In this document: positions 49,451 to 63,042 of the stretch, one piece after another
Numbering within the stretch: the stretch's first letter is position 1
How the letters are laid out: every line of letters begins with the position of its first letter
Origin: Octopus sinensis
Lineage: Eukaryota
NCBI RefSeq assembly: GCF_006345805.1
Contig: NC_043000.1
Coordinates: 83,886,001-83,950,000 of the forward strand
Reading direction: 5' to 3'
Length of the DNA: 64,000 nucleotides
Position numbers and translations under genes: made by a program
The notes under the pieces: model-generated
What the model saw: the letters and a program-made list of their open reading frames with translations, nothing else
What the model was told of the DNA's origin: nothing
The model's database searches: none

Positions 49451-51671
49451 TGTGGCAATAATAGTATTAACGAATATATCATTGTTATAAACATTAGCAT
49501 TCTTTTTCAGCTATCTTTAATACTTTGGTTTGTGTTACAGTTGTTTATAAGTCCAGTGCGTAGTATATCTTATCGCAGAAATAAAACATCCTTATTGAAT
49601 TTTTATTACTGTTCTAATGACATTTCTTTGTAGCTGCATTCTTTAGGGTTTTCAAAGCTTGAAGAAATTAATCAAGGAATTCTGTTGGCTATTGCTGTGA
49701 GTTACAAGTCGAGGTCGTATTCATTGGTTTAATGTTTATATCATTTAGACAAGTCATTAAGTCCTCACAGCAGTCACAATCTGCGATAACTTAGAGTATT
49801 TCAGGAAATATACAATCTGTAAGTGTGAATTTGTTGAGGTCTGGAATGACAGCAAAGACATTTTCAGACGTGCAGAACCTAATGTTTTAACTCTGAAGAT
49901 GCAGTACCGATTGTGAAGGAATGGCATTTACTCATTCGGGACGTTGAAGTTAACCAGTATTTGATTCGTTGAATAAAATGTCGTAAGAAGTAATGATAAT
50001 AGTGACAAGTAAAGGAAAGAACTCGCTTTTCACGTGATGCATTACATTATGAAAAGAAATGGCATCACAACGTTATTATTCCAACATTACTACATTATCT
50101 TATCAGTTATCATTGTTAGTACTGTGGCTGTGCGAGGAAACAGCTTCTAGAGTATAATTGATTACATCGACCTCGGAGTGCACTGGGTAGGGACTTGAAC
50201 TCAGGATGTGTTAGAGAGAAAACATATGTTAGCGTATACTTCAAAAGAAAAGGAAATTAGCGGTTCCGCAAAACATGACAATCACATTTCATGTTTGTTT
50301 TATCGCCAACAAAAGAGCAAGTTATCAGATAGAACTCGAACAACGGTATCTCGTATTACTAAGTAAGTCCAATATACAGGCATCAACCAACAATTGAGAA
50401 TGTATATGTTTTATTGTATTTCTATAAAAAGTTAAGAGGTATTTGATATTTTAAATATTATTTTTTATTTTCAAGAAAACGATGATTACAGATGATTGAA
50501 TAGAAAAATACTTCCTGAAGTCATATCAAAGAATTTAATGATGTACCATTTTATAAGACGAATTGCAATGTAGGTATTTATTGCTTCTTGCTATTGAGAT
50601 GAAATTCACTCAAGTAGCAAGGCCTTCTCAAAGGACGGCAGCCATAATCAGTATCGATCGTTATTCTTTAAAGCTATAATTGTAGCTAACTTAATTTCTA
50701 TTAACGATGCTTATATGGATTGCAATGTAATCCCCGTCTTAAACTATTATGTTATCATAATAATACAATTTTATAATCCCCCTTTCAGTCATTATTGAAA
50801 TTATTATTATTATCGTTATTATTATTGATAGTGTTGCTGTTGTTGTTGTTGTTGTTTCTGGACTATATACCATGTATTTCTACAGTTACGTAAATTGAAA
50901 AACAATTATTGTTCGTTCCTCCTTTTCGGGATTTGTTTTTCTAAATTTGTGTGTTCTCTTTTGTTGCGAAACTGACCCTGTCTGCAAGGGACTGGTCAGT
51001 TCTTTTGTTCTCGCTTCATTGGAATTACATCTACAAGAAACAAATTACTTGCAAAATTCACACAAAATACAAACACTAAGCTGATGTTGTGTTTGCATGT
51101 GGACCAACAAGAGAGAGAGTGGGAGGTGATGCAATAGCGGGGGATGAGGTTTCCCTGAGAGCCACCATTTCACCACTTACACTAAAATAAAATTCTCCCT
51201 CTAACTGTGAAGAATTCAATGACGACACCACCACCACTTTTATAAACATCATTGAGAAGAAAGAGGCGGCGATAACAACGGCAACTTATGAAGCAACAAC
51301 ATCAACAATGTTGAATTTCAACAACAACAATCTGTGGAGGAACAACAACGACAACAAGTGGCCGAGCACCAACAACACCGAGGGAAGCAAAATAACAGCA
51401 GCAGCAGTAAGAAGGAACTATTGAGTGTCAACAACTACAACGTCGCTACTATAATCGTTTCAACGATGTACGGACCAACTGCAACACCACCAAGCGAAAC
51501 CGTCACTTCCACTATCGCTTTTATTGAAATTATTACGCAATCATACTTCACCTCCATCTTCTGTCTCAGACATCTCCAATTCCGTGACCTTCTCTTGCGA
51601 CAGGTTCGAGATAGAAGACTCGTTACAAAAGACTGAAGAGGAAAACGAGACAAAAAAAGTAAAAACACAAA

Positions 51672-51840
51672 AAATGGTAAGAAACTTGCTTCCCAACCAC
51701 ATGGTTTCGGATTCGGTCGCATTGCATGGAATCTTAGGCAAATAAGTGCCTTCTTAGGCTAACCTAAGCCTTGCGAGTGGATTTGATAGACGGAAACTGA
51801 AAGAAAGCCGTTGTGTGTGTGTGCGTGTGTGTGTGTATAT
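51672..51840 (+). mobile_element. 5' half of bipartite SINE (3' half at 53590-53768)
   Basis: ggtaagaaacttgcttcccaaccacatggtttcggattc...gacggaaactgaaagaaagccg + (TG)n. Confidence 0.7.
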
Positions 51841-52015
51841 ATAGGGGTAAAATATGAAAAATCAACAAAAATGCACATTGTAAATAAAAAAAAGGCTTTT
51901 TATGACAGGTAACTACAAATATATACATTTAGATGGACTGAGGTAGTAATAAAAGTAATAAAAGTCATTATTATGAGATGATTATAAGAAGAATATTATA
52001 TATATATATATTAAA

Positions 52016-52313
52016 CTAGCAGTATCGCCCGGCGTTGCTCGGGTTTGTAAGGGAAATAACTATATAAGCATTTTTAGAGAGTTATAGCAAAAAAATAGCA
52101 AAAAAATGCATTAAAAATGGAATAAAAAATGATGGTAAATTTTTTTTTTAATCATAGAATCATCGTAGACGCGCGCTAATACCCAGAAGGGCTCGATATG
52201 AATCACGACTATAAGATACCTGGTTTTGGTTACACTGCACCGCAAAATGTGGGAGTAGTTAGGAATCTAAATCGTAGGAGACAGACACACAACTTCACTT
52301 TTATATATAAAGA
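52016..52313 (-). mobile_element. Non-autonomous Helitron, 298 bp
   Basis: Minus strand A|TCtttatatataaaag... to cccgagcaacgccggg hairpin (52028-52043), then CTAG|T; inserted between A and T. Confidence 0.85.
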
Positions 52314-53363
52314 TTTGTGCAACAACTAAAACATTCGGTTGTGCAAATTGTTTGCACAGGAAACCTGCCCTGTGTGGCGGTTTTTGCCGTTTTTGTGGAT
52401 CTGTTTCAGCTTTTTTAGCGATTTCTGTTTTGGCGACTTCAAGCCATGAAGTCGTTGTTCTAAAAGAACGCTGGTCTCCTTGACAACGCTTTACGACGTT
52501 GATTTCCCTACCCTGCCTTCCCCACAGCTTCATGAGGGAGGGAAGAAGGGGAGGAGCTACACAGGTGCAGGTGCGAGCATGAACGCCAACGCCGCCACCG
52601 ACACACGAAAAAATTGGAAGAACCCAGACGACAGCTTCAGCCACCACCACCACCACCATCACCACGACCAACACCATCACCACTACCACCATGACCACCA
52701 CCACCACTACGCCCATGACCATCACGACCACCATCACGAAGACCACCACGACCACCACCACCACAAACACGACGACCACGACGACCACGACCACCATCAC
52801 CACTACCAGCACCACCGCCACCACCGGGATAATATTTTTATGTAAAAGTTGTGCAACAACTAAAACATTCGGTTGTGCAAATTCTTTGCACGGGAAACCT
52901 TCCCTGTGTGGTGTGTTTCCCCATTTTGTAGAATTTGCTTTCGGGCTTTCTTAGCCATTTCTGTTTTGGTGTCTTCAAGCCATGAAGTCGTTGTTCTAAA
53001 AGAACGCTGGTCTCCTTGACAACGCTTTACGACGTTGATTTCCTTACACTCCTTCCCCACAGCTTCATGAAGGAGGGAAGAAGGGGGAGAAGCAACACAG
53101 ATGCAGGTGTGAGCATGGACGCCAACTCCGCCGCCTTCCCTTTATTTAAAAAATATGCGTTAAAATGGAAAAAAATTATGGTAAATTATTTTTAAAATCG
53201 TAGCCTTATCGTAGACGCGCGCTAATACCCAGAAGGGCTTGATATGAATCACGACTATAAGATACCCGAATTTGGTGAAACTGCACCGCAAAATGTGGGA
53301 GTAGTTAGGAATCTAAATCGTAGGAGACAGACACTCACACAACTTCACTTTTATATATATAGA
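52016..53363 (-). mobile_element. Composite Helitron: second 5' terminus at 53363 sharing the 3' terminus at 52016
   Basis: 53148-53363 repeats 52100-52313 including the A|TC start; the intervening 0.83 kb holds a ~290-bp duplicated block (52314-52600, 52848-53135) and a (CAC/GAC)n tract. Confidence 0.6.
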
Positions 53364-53589
53364 TTAAATTAGAGATAAAACCACTATTAGGCAACTCAAG
53401 CAGTGATAGACATAAAACAATACATAAATAACAAAAAATATAAATATAATTAATATAATATTTAATATATATATAAAATATAAAATTTAAAATTTAAATT
53501 TTAAAATTTTAAAATTTTAATATTTTTAAATTTTCAAATTAAAAATTTTTTAATATATCAGTGTGTATATTTGTGTCTGTGTTATACCC

Positions 53590-53768
53590 CTTTCTATCAC
53601 TTGACAACCGGTGTTGATGTTTACGTCCTCGCAACTTAGTGGTTCGACTAAAGAGACCGATTGAATAAGTACCAGGCTTATAAAGTACTGGAGTCGATTC
53701 ATTCGACTAAAAGTTCTTCAAGGCGGTGCCCCAGCATGGTCACAGTCTAATGACTGAAAGAAGTAAAA
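53590..53768 (+). mobile_element. 3' half of bipartite SINE
   Basis: cacttgacaaccggtgttgatgtttacgtcctcgcaacttagtggttcg...atgactgaaagaagtaaaag. Confidence 0.75.
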
Positions 53769-53790
53769 GATAAATGAATGAATGATTGAA

Positions 53791-53825
<35 letters not shown>

Positions 53826-54316
53826 ATGAATAAGCATATTTTCTCAAGGTGGATGCTCGAAGGTTCGATGAGAATGGCAGAAAGAATGTCAGCCAACCAC
53901 ACACCTACACTCCTTCCAGTTATAACACAACCACATCAACTAACCCACAACCGAACCAACAAAAACAATAGGAAAACGCACAACCACAATCACAGGAAAG
54001 AATTCAATAGAAACGACAAAAACAAAAGCAACAGCAATTAGTACAAAAGTAACAGCAGTAACAAAACTGCTTCTCATCGATTTCAGTAAGTTGATGAAAT
54101 ACACGAAATAAAGAATATTAACAAAAGAAGAGGGCTTCTAACAGACACATATTGAAAACATCATCAGTCGTCTCTTAACACAAAGGAAAAAATCCCACTT
54201 GACATGGAGATTTCAGGAACGGAGGCGCCTTTCAAAGAAACTCTCCTCAAGAAGGAGCCCGATTACATTTCCTTCTCCAGACCTGTTTTGCTTTTTTTCC
54301 CGATCAGTGTAGTTGC

Positions 54317-54720
54317 TCTCAGAGTAGGCTGCATAAAAGCCCATAGCTTAGGGGCGGCTTCGAAGCAAGGTCATTTGATCAATGATCTCAGGTCACTAGA
54401 CAAAGTTGTGGTTGTTAATAGCGAGACCAGAATGTCTGCCTATTTTTGACCATAAGAAGTATATGCATTTCTTGGTCGACCCGAATTGGAAAGGATGGCC
54501 TTTTTGGTTTGGAAATGTCTGGATTTCGAGATATGGGCAATCGTCTTTCATCCGGGCGGTAAATCACTGTTTGGTGGACGTGAATAGCAGAGAAAGCTAG
54601 TAAGCGTTTAAACCCGTTTGGAGAAAGACAGCCAAATTTCTTAAGACTACTACAGGAATTGTTTGGCAAAACACTACAGTACTAGTGGGGGACTGGGATA
54701 GTATTTTAGATGTATATCGG
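54317..54720 (+). pseudogene. Decayed L1/Tx1-type APE endonuclease fragment
   Basis: LRVGCIKAHSLG..SKQGHLINDLRSL...VNSETRM, KLVSV*T, VLVGDWDSILD correspond to APE motifs (LNxxGL, QETH, NVYAP, GDFN). Confidence 0.5.
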
Positions 54721-56170
54721 TGTTAGGTGGGATTATACGACAGAAGAGGAACGGTAAAATTCTCACAGTTCTGTCTGTCTGACAGACAGACAGACAGACA
54801 CTAATTGCAACGGGACACCTAAATCGTCTGTCGACAGAGTACTTTTTAGGTCAATGGAGAGGAGCTCAACTAGTGATGAAACCGAACTATTCCGCAGCAG
54901 TGAGCAACAAGATTTAGCGCCAGATATCCTTCTTACAAAACAGTGCGTTGGTAGCTCATATTTTCATCGTGCTTCCTTACACTTGATTCCACTTGGTGAA
55001 AATAGAGAAATAAATAACATTTGGCTGTTGTTTTTTGCAGAACATTTTACCATAGAAATTCTTTTGAATTATGTTTCATTGTGTTAAATATGAGTAGCTT
55101 TTGTAATTATTTGAAGATGCTTCTTACAATAATGGTAAACTACGTTTCTCATTTTACAGCTATACGTAGAGTTGTTAATTATACACGCAATACATTTCCT
55201 ATTTGTAGATGGTGTCCTACCAAAGAGGTATGATCTGTATATTTGTGATCCCATAGATGTCGCTGCTTTCTCTAAATTCATCTCGTGTTCGCAAGCACTG
55301 ATTCCTTCTCTTCTTTTATTATTTTTCTCTACGTATATGTACAATCATTATTTGGTGAGCTAAATTTGAATGAATTTAGTTCAGGCCGTCGTTTTTATTT
55401 ACCGAATTAACCGGTTAAATTGTCGAAGAACTTGTTCTTAGGTTTTTATTTCTCGCTCTTGTTTGACATGTATTATCTGACATAGGTAGTCAAGTTTGAC
55501 GAAGCTCATAGGTTTTATAGATATTTCACGCAAGCGTCCGTTAAGTGTCATTTTCTTTTTTCTTCGACATAAAACCCCTCCAGCTGCGCTATTTTTTGTT
55601 TCCTTATTCATTATCACTTTCTCAGACATTATATATTTCATAACAAATTGTATAAAGTTATCATTTTATTTCACATTTTCTGTAACCTATATAAGAACAA
55701 GGCATATATAACTGTTTTCATATTCATAATCTATTTGTATAAGAGAAACTTTGATGCTTATAACCAAATAAATTAATTAGCCAGTTAGTAAATAATAACC
55801 ATATTTAGTCTTTGAGTTCCTTGTTAACGGAGACAACTAAATTAAAATTCAAAAATATCTGTTTTAAATACAATGTAAATTTAATTAACTAATTAATCAA
55901 TTAATCAAATCCTGCATTGATCTCCCATTAACTAATAAAGGCCTTTCTCGTCTCCATATTTTTGGCTTTTGGTGCTCAATCACCAATTTTTGTAAACTCT
56001 ATTCAATTTCACTCCAGCATCTTGTTCGTTGTCACTGTGTGTATGTGTGTGTGTGTGTGTGTGTGTACTTAATCTCCCGGACCACCTCATTTTTCATTTT
56101 TTCTCCCTGAATTTTCTCTTCTTTTTGTCTTCGTTTTTCCTTTCTTTTCCTCACTTTATATATCTATCTA

Positions 56171-57201
56171 TCTATATATAAAACTGAGAATGTGTGTCTG
56201 TCTGTCTATGTGTTTCCCTAAAACTTGAGAACTACACAACCAATTTCATTCAAATTTTACACATGCTTTACTTAGGGTCCAGGTAGTTTCATGGATAAAA
56301 AAAATTGTTCAACTTCTTCCCTAGGGCGAGCCCATAGCAATATCATATCTTCTCCACTATTTCAGTATTACGTGTTAAAAATGAAACAAAAACATTTCTC
56401 TATTTTATGTCAGATATTTCACTTTAACAATAAAAATTAGAGATAATAATAACAATTGAGTTATATGTAGTAAGTAATAATTAAAACCAAACTAAAGTAT
56501 AATATAATAATTAAATCGTAACATAATAAAAGTAAAAATAGTAATTGGTATAAAATTGCATCACTTGAATAAGTGGTTTCACATGAATGGGAATAAATTA
56601 AAAATAAAATTAGTGTGCAGAAATGGAATAGTCCAGATGGATAATAAAAAATTAAATTAAAGAAAAGACTATTGTCTATAAAGTATACAATGTAGAGAAA
56701 AATGATTTGAACACATAGAGGAAAGCACCTTCGAAAAGTGTCTTGGTGCGACTATGAAAGATATCTAACCAGAGGCGGTAAATTCGCCACAACAGAAGCA
56801 AGGTTCGAGTCAACGGAGCGTGCAAGGGAGTACTCGACTCGAACTTGCAAAGTGGAAATATTTTATTTTTATCTTTATATCTGGGACGTAGGACGTCTCG
56901 GATAAAAATTAAAAATGCCCCTCTCCCCCCGAAGTAGAGGTAGGCTGGATTGTAGCCACACTTCTATACAAGAGGGAGGACAAGATACAATTGATCGAAA
57001 TTACAAGAGACGGGCTAACAATTCCAGTCTGTTATATATTTTGAGTATTGTTATCACTAGCGATATCAAGATATAACTTTGTATTTTGTATTTTATGTGT
57101 AGATGTATATATATAGATGTACATGTAATATGTACACATATATATACACATATATACATGCACTAGCACTATGACCCGGCAACGACGGGTCATAATGCTA
57201 G
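56171..57201 (+). mobile_element. Non-autonomous Helitron-like element
   Basis: 5' A|TCtatatataaaactgagaatgtgtgtctgtc (parallels 52313 and 53363); 3' hairpin then CTAG|T at 57198-57202. Confidence 0.65.
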
Positions 57202-57268
<67 letters not shown>

Positions 57269-57503
57269 TTCACTCACTCTCCTCCATTATTTTTCTATAT
57301 TTTTCTTCTGACCGCGGATTAGCGTCCGAAACGTCCGCTTTCTTTCCTTCAATTTTAAGCGTTAAACCAATACATTTGTTAGGACTCTCTCTCTCCTGTA
57401 CCGTCTTCTTTCTTTTCGTGCTCGCTGCTATCATAACACATTCATACCCACCCACGCATATACACATATATACATATGTCTCTCTCTCTCTCTCTCCACA
57501 CAT

Positions 57504-57534
<31 letters not shown>

Positions 57535-57779
57535 TCTATATATACATATATGTTTGTATGAAATATTTCCACCTAGTGATGTTGGATATCTATACGTAAT
57601 CACTTTAACGTGAAATGCTCTAATAAAATCATCCATCATATACATCTGTAATCAAAACTAAAGTTTGCATGCATTAACGCACCGCACGGGAGCAAAATGA
57701 TTGAGGGGGTCTGGTCTGAGTCAGTAATTTCGCAAATCATCTTGTATCTGTTTACAAATATTTCCAGATAATTTGATAT

Positions 57780-58133
57780 TTGTACAATAGCATTCCCAGT
57801 CGAAATGGTACCCAATCACCGACATTATCAGATGATATATTACCCAATAAGCGCTATTTATCAACATTATGATAAACAGAATGTCAAGGAAGCTAATTCC
57901 ATCTTCTTGCTGTTAAACGCCATAAAAAAAACAGTAGAATAGGCTACCCACTTCTCGGTAATAAGTGTGAGTTCTTTGTCATTGGCATAAGCTATGAATG
58001 TGTCAACATTATATGATGCATCTTTCAACATTTCTGTTGCTACATTATTAACTTCGGTATTGTTAGTACTCAGTGACGAGCTTTCGCAGATGGTCTGATA
58101 TCTATTAAAGACCAGACGTAACTGGCCTAGCAC
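57780..58133 (-). pseudogene. Possible decayed non-LTR RT fragment
   Basis: FIAYANDKEL (YADD-like) followed ~20 aa later by MAFNSKK (xxFNxxK motif). Confidence 0.3.
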
Positions 58134-58992
58134 ATAGTCACTATTACTGGAATAAATGCTATCTATTCCTGGTGTCTAACTGGAGGGAAGAAATTTAGAT
58201 AAATTTGTTCTGTTTGGAATAGTCAATATACACTGGTTAACGGTGTGTAGTATCGGTTAAAACAAAATTGTCTGTGCTATGTACTGTCAACTGAACATGG
58301 CGACAATTTATAGAGAAAAATTTTTTCGAGATAAAATGAAAAAGCCTCTTACAACAAAAGAGTTCTCTTGAGAAAGAAAAAAAACAACTTAACGAAAACA
58401 AAAGATAATCTTCTGTTAATACACAGATTTCTCACAGAAAAAATCTGATGACTGGTGAGTTGGTGGTATGGGTGGTTGCTGTGGTGGCAGTTTAGAAAGA
58501 ATGACGTCATTATAACGAGAACAGTGACAAAAACAGCTTGGTACTAGCCGGGAATGCTTAGAGACGACCTGTCTGTGGTCATCACGAAATTCACTGCAAC
58601 TGGAGACTGTAATGGCATAACGGTCAATGTGAAACATGAGTATGATAAACACACAATATTATTTTTCTTACATAGATTTCTAACATAGACATAAGAGTAC
58701 GCATTTTGAGGGAAGAAATTGTTAAGAGAAGAACGCAGTGCTTGACTGGTCGTTGTTTTTGTGACCCACAAAGGTAAAGTCGACCTTGAACTCAAAACGT
58801 AAATAGATGCGACGAGATACCGAAAAGTATTTTGTAATAGGTGTAGTAATTTCTGCCATCTGTTGTCATAACGATAATAATTTTATTTTTATTTATTGAT
58901 CACAAGGATCCTATAATAAAACATGTCATACAAAAGCGATTTACAAATTATGCGGGGATATACATACATGCATACATACATACATACATACA

Positions 58993-59048
<56 letters not shown>

Positions 59049-59051
<3 letters not shown>

Positions 59052-59451
59052 TTGCGACCAAAATGTTCAGAACGGCATTGTTTTCGTCAGAGAAGTAGAT
59101 ATAATTTTTTATATCAAAGCTGTTTTATATTCTATAATTTTCACAGACAATAAATACGATATGGGCTTCACACTAAATATTAAATAATTCCAGTATTCTC
59201 TGTCATTTTTGATTATTTTGTTATTTTTTCAACCGTTCTGATCATTTTGGCCGCCATGGGTTTTGCAGTAAATCACTAAATCATCCACAACTTTTGTATT
59301 ATCCTCTCAAATTACACCAAAATCTCAGACAATAACAATTAACATTGTATTTATTGTCTGTGAAAATTATAGAATATAAAACAACTTTGATAAAAACTTA
59401 TACCTACTTTTCTGACGAAAACAATACCGTTCTGAACATTTTGACCGCAAC

Positions 59452-59453
<2 letters not shown>
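59049..59453. mobile_element. 405-bp Tc1/mariner-type MITE with ~112-bp TIRs and TA TSD
   Basis: TA|cagttgcgaccaaaatgttcagaacgg... and ...ccgttctgaacattttgaccgcaactg|TA. Confidence 0.9.
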
Positions 59454-59526
<73 letters not shown>

Positions 59527-60955
59527 AATAGACAGAGGTGGGTGCAATACAGCATATTAAAGCAGGTTAAAAATTGAGTCCATCAAAACAGATCAAAGCA
59601 ACTCACCCATAAAGAGGTGAGACATTTTCACCTAGCTAAGATCAGAGCACCTTACGACTACAGTCACATTCGCTCCGATCATCTGCAGACTGAATCCTCT
59701 GAACTTTCCTGTCAGCATCTTCGGCTTTATTTCTCACTGTGAAGTCCTCCACATGTTCTGGATAAAGTTCCATCAGCTGAGAATAGATCGTGGTGTTATT
59801 TTTAGCAACCAACTATCCAAAATCTGGTATTCTCTCTCCTCTCGATTTACCATTGGATTTGTTCGGTCCTCTTAGTTTCATAGAAGTTCATATAAATAAA
59901 GAATGATCCTTTGGATTACTATGTACTTTAGATACTTCACGATGTGGGCACCTATTTGATAGGGATTTCTTTTACCATACTTGATGTGAGCCCATTTTTT
60001 TTTACCTTTGTTCCTTGTATTACTATTTCCAATGGACCCACGCCTTTCTCTTCTCCCTTGTCGCAGGACAATGGGGTGGAACTGCTGTTTGGAGGCTGTG
60101 GATGATCCTGTGATGGAAGGTGTATGTAACATTTTGGTTTTTCGATGCCTTATCATGTCGACCTATGGTAACCTATAACACTGAGAATGAGGCCATTTCG
60201 CTTTTCCCTTCTGTTCAAATAATCATCAGAGATGTAACCTGTGACATTCTGAAAACAATAGAAGCGATGGATCCTGTGTTGCTGTTATTACTACTTATGC
60301 CGCCGTTTGCCATCATTTTCTTCGTCTTCTATTCATTTTTCTACTTCAGGTCACAAGGAACATTGAAGTAATTTTAAAACTTCCATAGATAGCAACTGCA
60401 ACTTTGTCCAGCGCTACTAGTTTGACTTCATTACGCACAATAGGTTATAACTTCAGGTTAGCATTGTATCTTAGGGGTTCATCAGAGCTTAGATTGCTGT
60501 GCACATATCGCGCGGTCATATATTACTACGAGATAACCAGTACATTCACCAATGCTCGTACTGTGCCGCGAAAATGGCGATTAGCCAAGGGCGAAAGCTA
60601 ATTCCCACATCTCTGGTACAATTAATGAGATACACCTTTCATTGTAAAGAGAATAATAAATAAATAATTCTTTTTTCATCAAGTTATTCTAGAAGGAGAT
60701 GTCCTCTAAGTAGATCTTGATGAAAGGTGACTGTTTAGCTCAAACAACAACAACAACAACAACGACTATAACGACAACAAGAAAAGTTGTATTAGTAGTA
60801 ATTATTTATAATTGAGGGAAATGGAAACTAAATGTTTTGACGTGAGAAAATTTGTGTTTAATGTTGATCTTTCCTAGATAGGAATAGAAATAATGGCACC
60901 AACCCATTAATATACCGTACATTGTGATTAGTTATTTAGACACATATATAAATAG

Positions 60956-61008
<53 letters not shown>

Positions 61009-61493
61009 GTATTATTTTCATTATCAACTTTCAATTCTGCTTCCATTCCTTGCCGAGTGTCTTCCTGATACCTAGGGCAGAGAAACACACTGTATACATT
61101 GGCAGGCTATTAAAAGAAACACACCAAATTGTCCATTTACAGCGTCATGTAATGGAGAAAAAGGAGAGAAAGACAGGAAGTGAAAAAAATAAAAACGTAA
61201 AAAAGTATACAAAGAAAATAAAGGGGAAAAGTAAAGAAAATTCACAGCAACAATGCTCTTCTTAACTCGTGTAACGTACCAGTTAATACGATCTTTTGCA
61301 CTCCCTACATGGATGGTAAGCCAAAGATCATTTAAAAATAATTTTCAGTTCCTTTTTTGATCATTCCAAGTGCTCCTACAATCATTGGTATTGTAACTGG
61401 CTTAAGATGCCGCATCTTTTCGATTTCGATGAGTAAATCTTTATATTTTCTGAGCCGGGCTGTACATACTGGGAAGTCCCAAAGAATATTATA

Positions 61494-61949
61494 ACCCGTC
61501 TAATAAGGGTAGACCAGGCACATGCATCGCAACTATATATGTGCGCGATATGTTGAGCTCATATCAAGATAAACAACGCATGACCTTGCAGGTAAGGCTC
61601 AGTTAGAATTTTTTCAGGTTGAGTAGCCCATCCGCTCAAAAAGTCCCTGAATAAGGGTTGTTTAAGGATGATGAACGAAACATCCATGTTTCCAGAGGTG
61701 AATTATTCAAACCCCAAAGAATTTCTCTCAACACATGGCTATGATACTCCCCCACTACTTCTACTCGTGATCAGAGATGCACATATCGTCAGCCACTAAG
61801 GGAAGGTCAAGTAACTGACAAGCAAATCTGTGGTATTGAGCAGAATATTTGCTGTACGTGATAACACTTCCAATCGGTTAAGATCAAAAGCCATGAGAGC
61901 CACTACATGGTACTGCATCAGGGTAGCGAGTGCCTGGTACTGCATCAGG

Positions 61950-61950
<1 letters not shown>
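61494..61950 (-). mobile_element. Second copy of the non-coding repeat at 30802-31284
   Basis: Shared blocks gatcagagatgcacatatcgtcagccactaaggg and ctgtggtattgagcagaatatttgctgt; terminal ggtactgcatcaggg duplicated. Confidence 0.75.
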
Positions 61951-61980
<30 letters not shown>

Positions 61981-62520
61981 GGAAGACTCTCAGATAGTTC
62001 TTACCGGTTATTCTTTACTTGAAAGCAGGCAATAGCAAATCACCAAAGGTTTCAAGTAGTGCCTTCTGTGACTCAAAAAGACAATACTCTCCTTAGAATG
62101 CGAGCTATACCCAACAATGCTGTCTTCTTGGATCACCTCGAGCCTGACAGCAGCTCCAATATTCTTAATATGTTTTTCAAAGACCTAGGAAACTGCTCCT
62201 AATGCCCCGATTACCACCGGTATCACCATTACTTTCCCCATGCCCCATAACCTTCCCATCTCGTCCCGCAGTAGCTGGTATTTCTCAATCTTTTCTGTTT
62301 CCTTACATTCCACCTTCGAATCGCCTGGTATTGCAACACCTACTATCTTTACTGCTTTCTCATCTTTATGGATGAGCACAATGTCTGGTCGTCTCGCCTC
62401 TATGACTTGGTCACACTGCATGTTAAAGTCCCCGAGTATTTTTTAATGTTCGTTTTCCATTATACCATCTGGCTTGTGTTCATACCATTGTTCGGCTCTC
62501 TCAAGATTTTCTTTACCGTA
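61981..62520 (-). mobile_element. 5'-truncated R4/Dong fragment (RLE domain + 3' end), distinct subfamily from 31407-34345
   Basis: WYEHKPD..ENEH*KILGDFNMQCDQVIEARRPDIVL...IPGD...EKIEKYQLL...IPVVIGALGAVS; ends in (ATA)n. Confidence 0.8.
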
Positions 62521-63042
62521 CAACAGCCAGTGGACATATCTGTCCCGAGTTCAAATTCCGCCAAGGTTCACTTTGCTTTTTACCCCTTTCGGAGTTGATA
62601 AAATAAGTACCAGTTGAGCATTAGGGTTGTTTCAGTCCATGAACTTTGCGAATAATATTTAAGTACTACTATAGCACGTGACCCGCTTCCCTTTCCATCT
62701 CAACCACACCAAAGTCTCTCTATTTTAGGGAAGATAGGAGATAAGCTGTGACATTCATACATTCTCCAACGGTATCAGCGAAGTGAAGCGATTCTGAATG
62801 AACTGTGTCGAGTTTGTTTACGTTTCATCTGCATTTAGTTTGAACTCTCAGGATCCAAATTTATCTCTAAAAATAAGTTCTCGTCTTAAGGGACACCTTA
62901 AACTAGTATTCCTCACAGTGAAGAATATGAGGGTTGAAAAGTGGGCGAATAAATTGCCTTGTTTAATAAACTTAAATGGTTTTAAGCACATTAGACTTTT
63001 CCGAATCCTTGAGCGAAGAAAGAATTATAGTCAGGGAAATGA

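Noticed and set aside
52267-52954. Poly-Val, poly-His and poly-Thr ORFs
   Set aside because: Three-frame read-through of a (CAC/GAC)n tract inside Helitron cargo; no domain or splice evidence.
54845-55090. tttttag followed by a 77-aa ORF; similar acceptor-like site at ~60065
   Set aside because: No homology recognised and no convincing donor or frame; cannot support an exon without RNA data.
57305-57340. ctga...gga-ttagcg-tcc-gaaacgtc hammerhead-like string
   Set aside because: The 3' half fits, but the 5' core reads CUGACCGC and no stem I pairing is present; at best a decayed relic.
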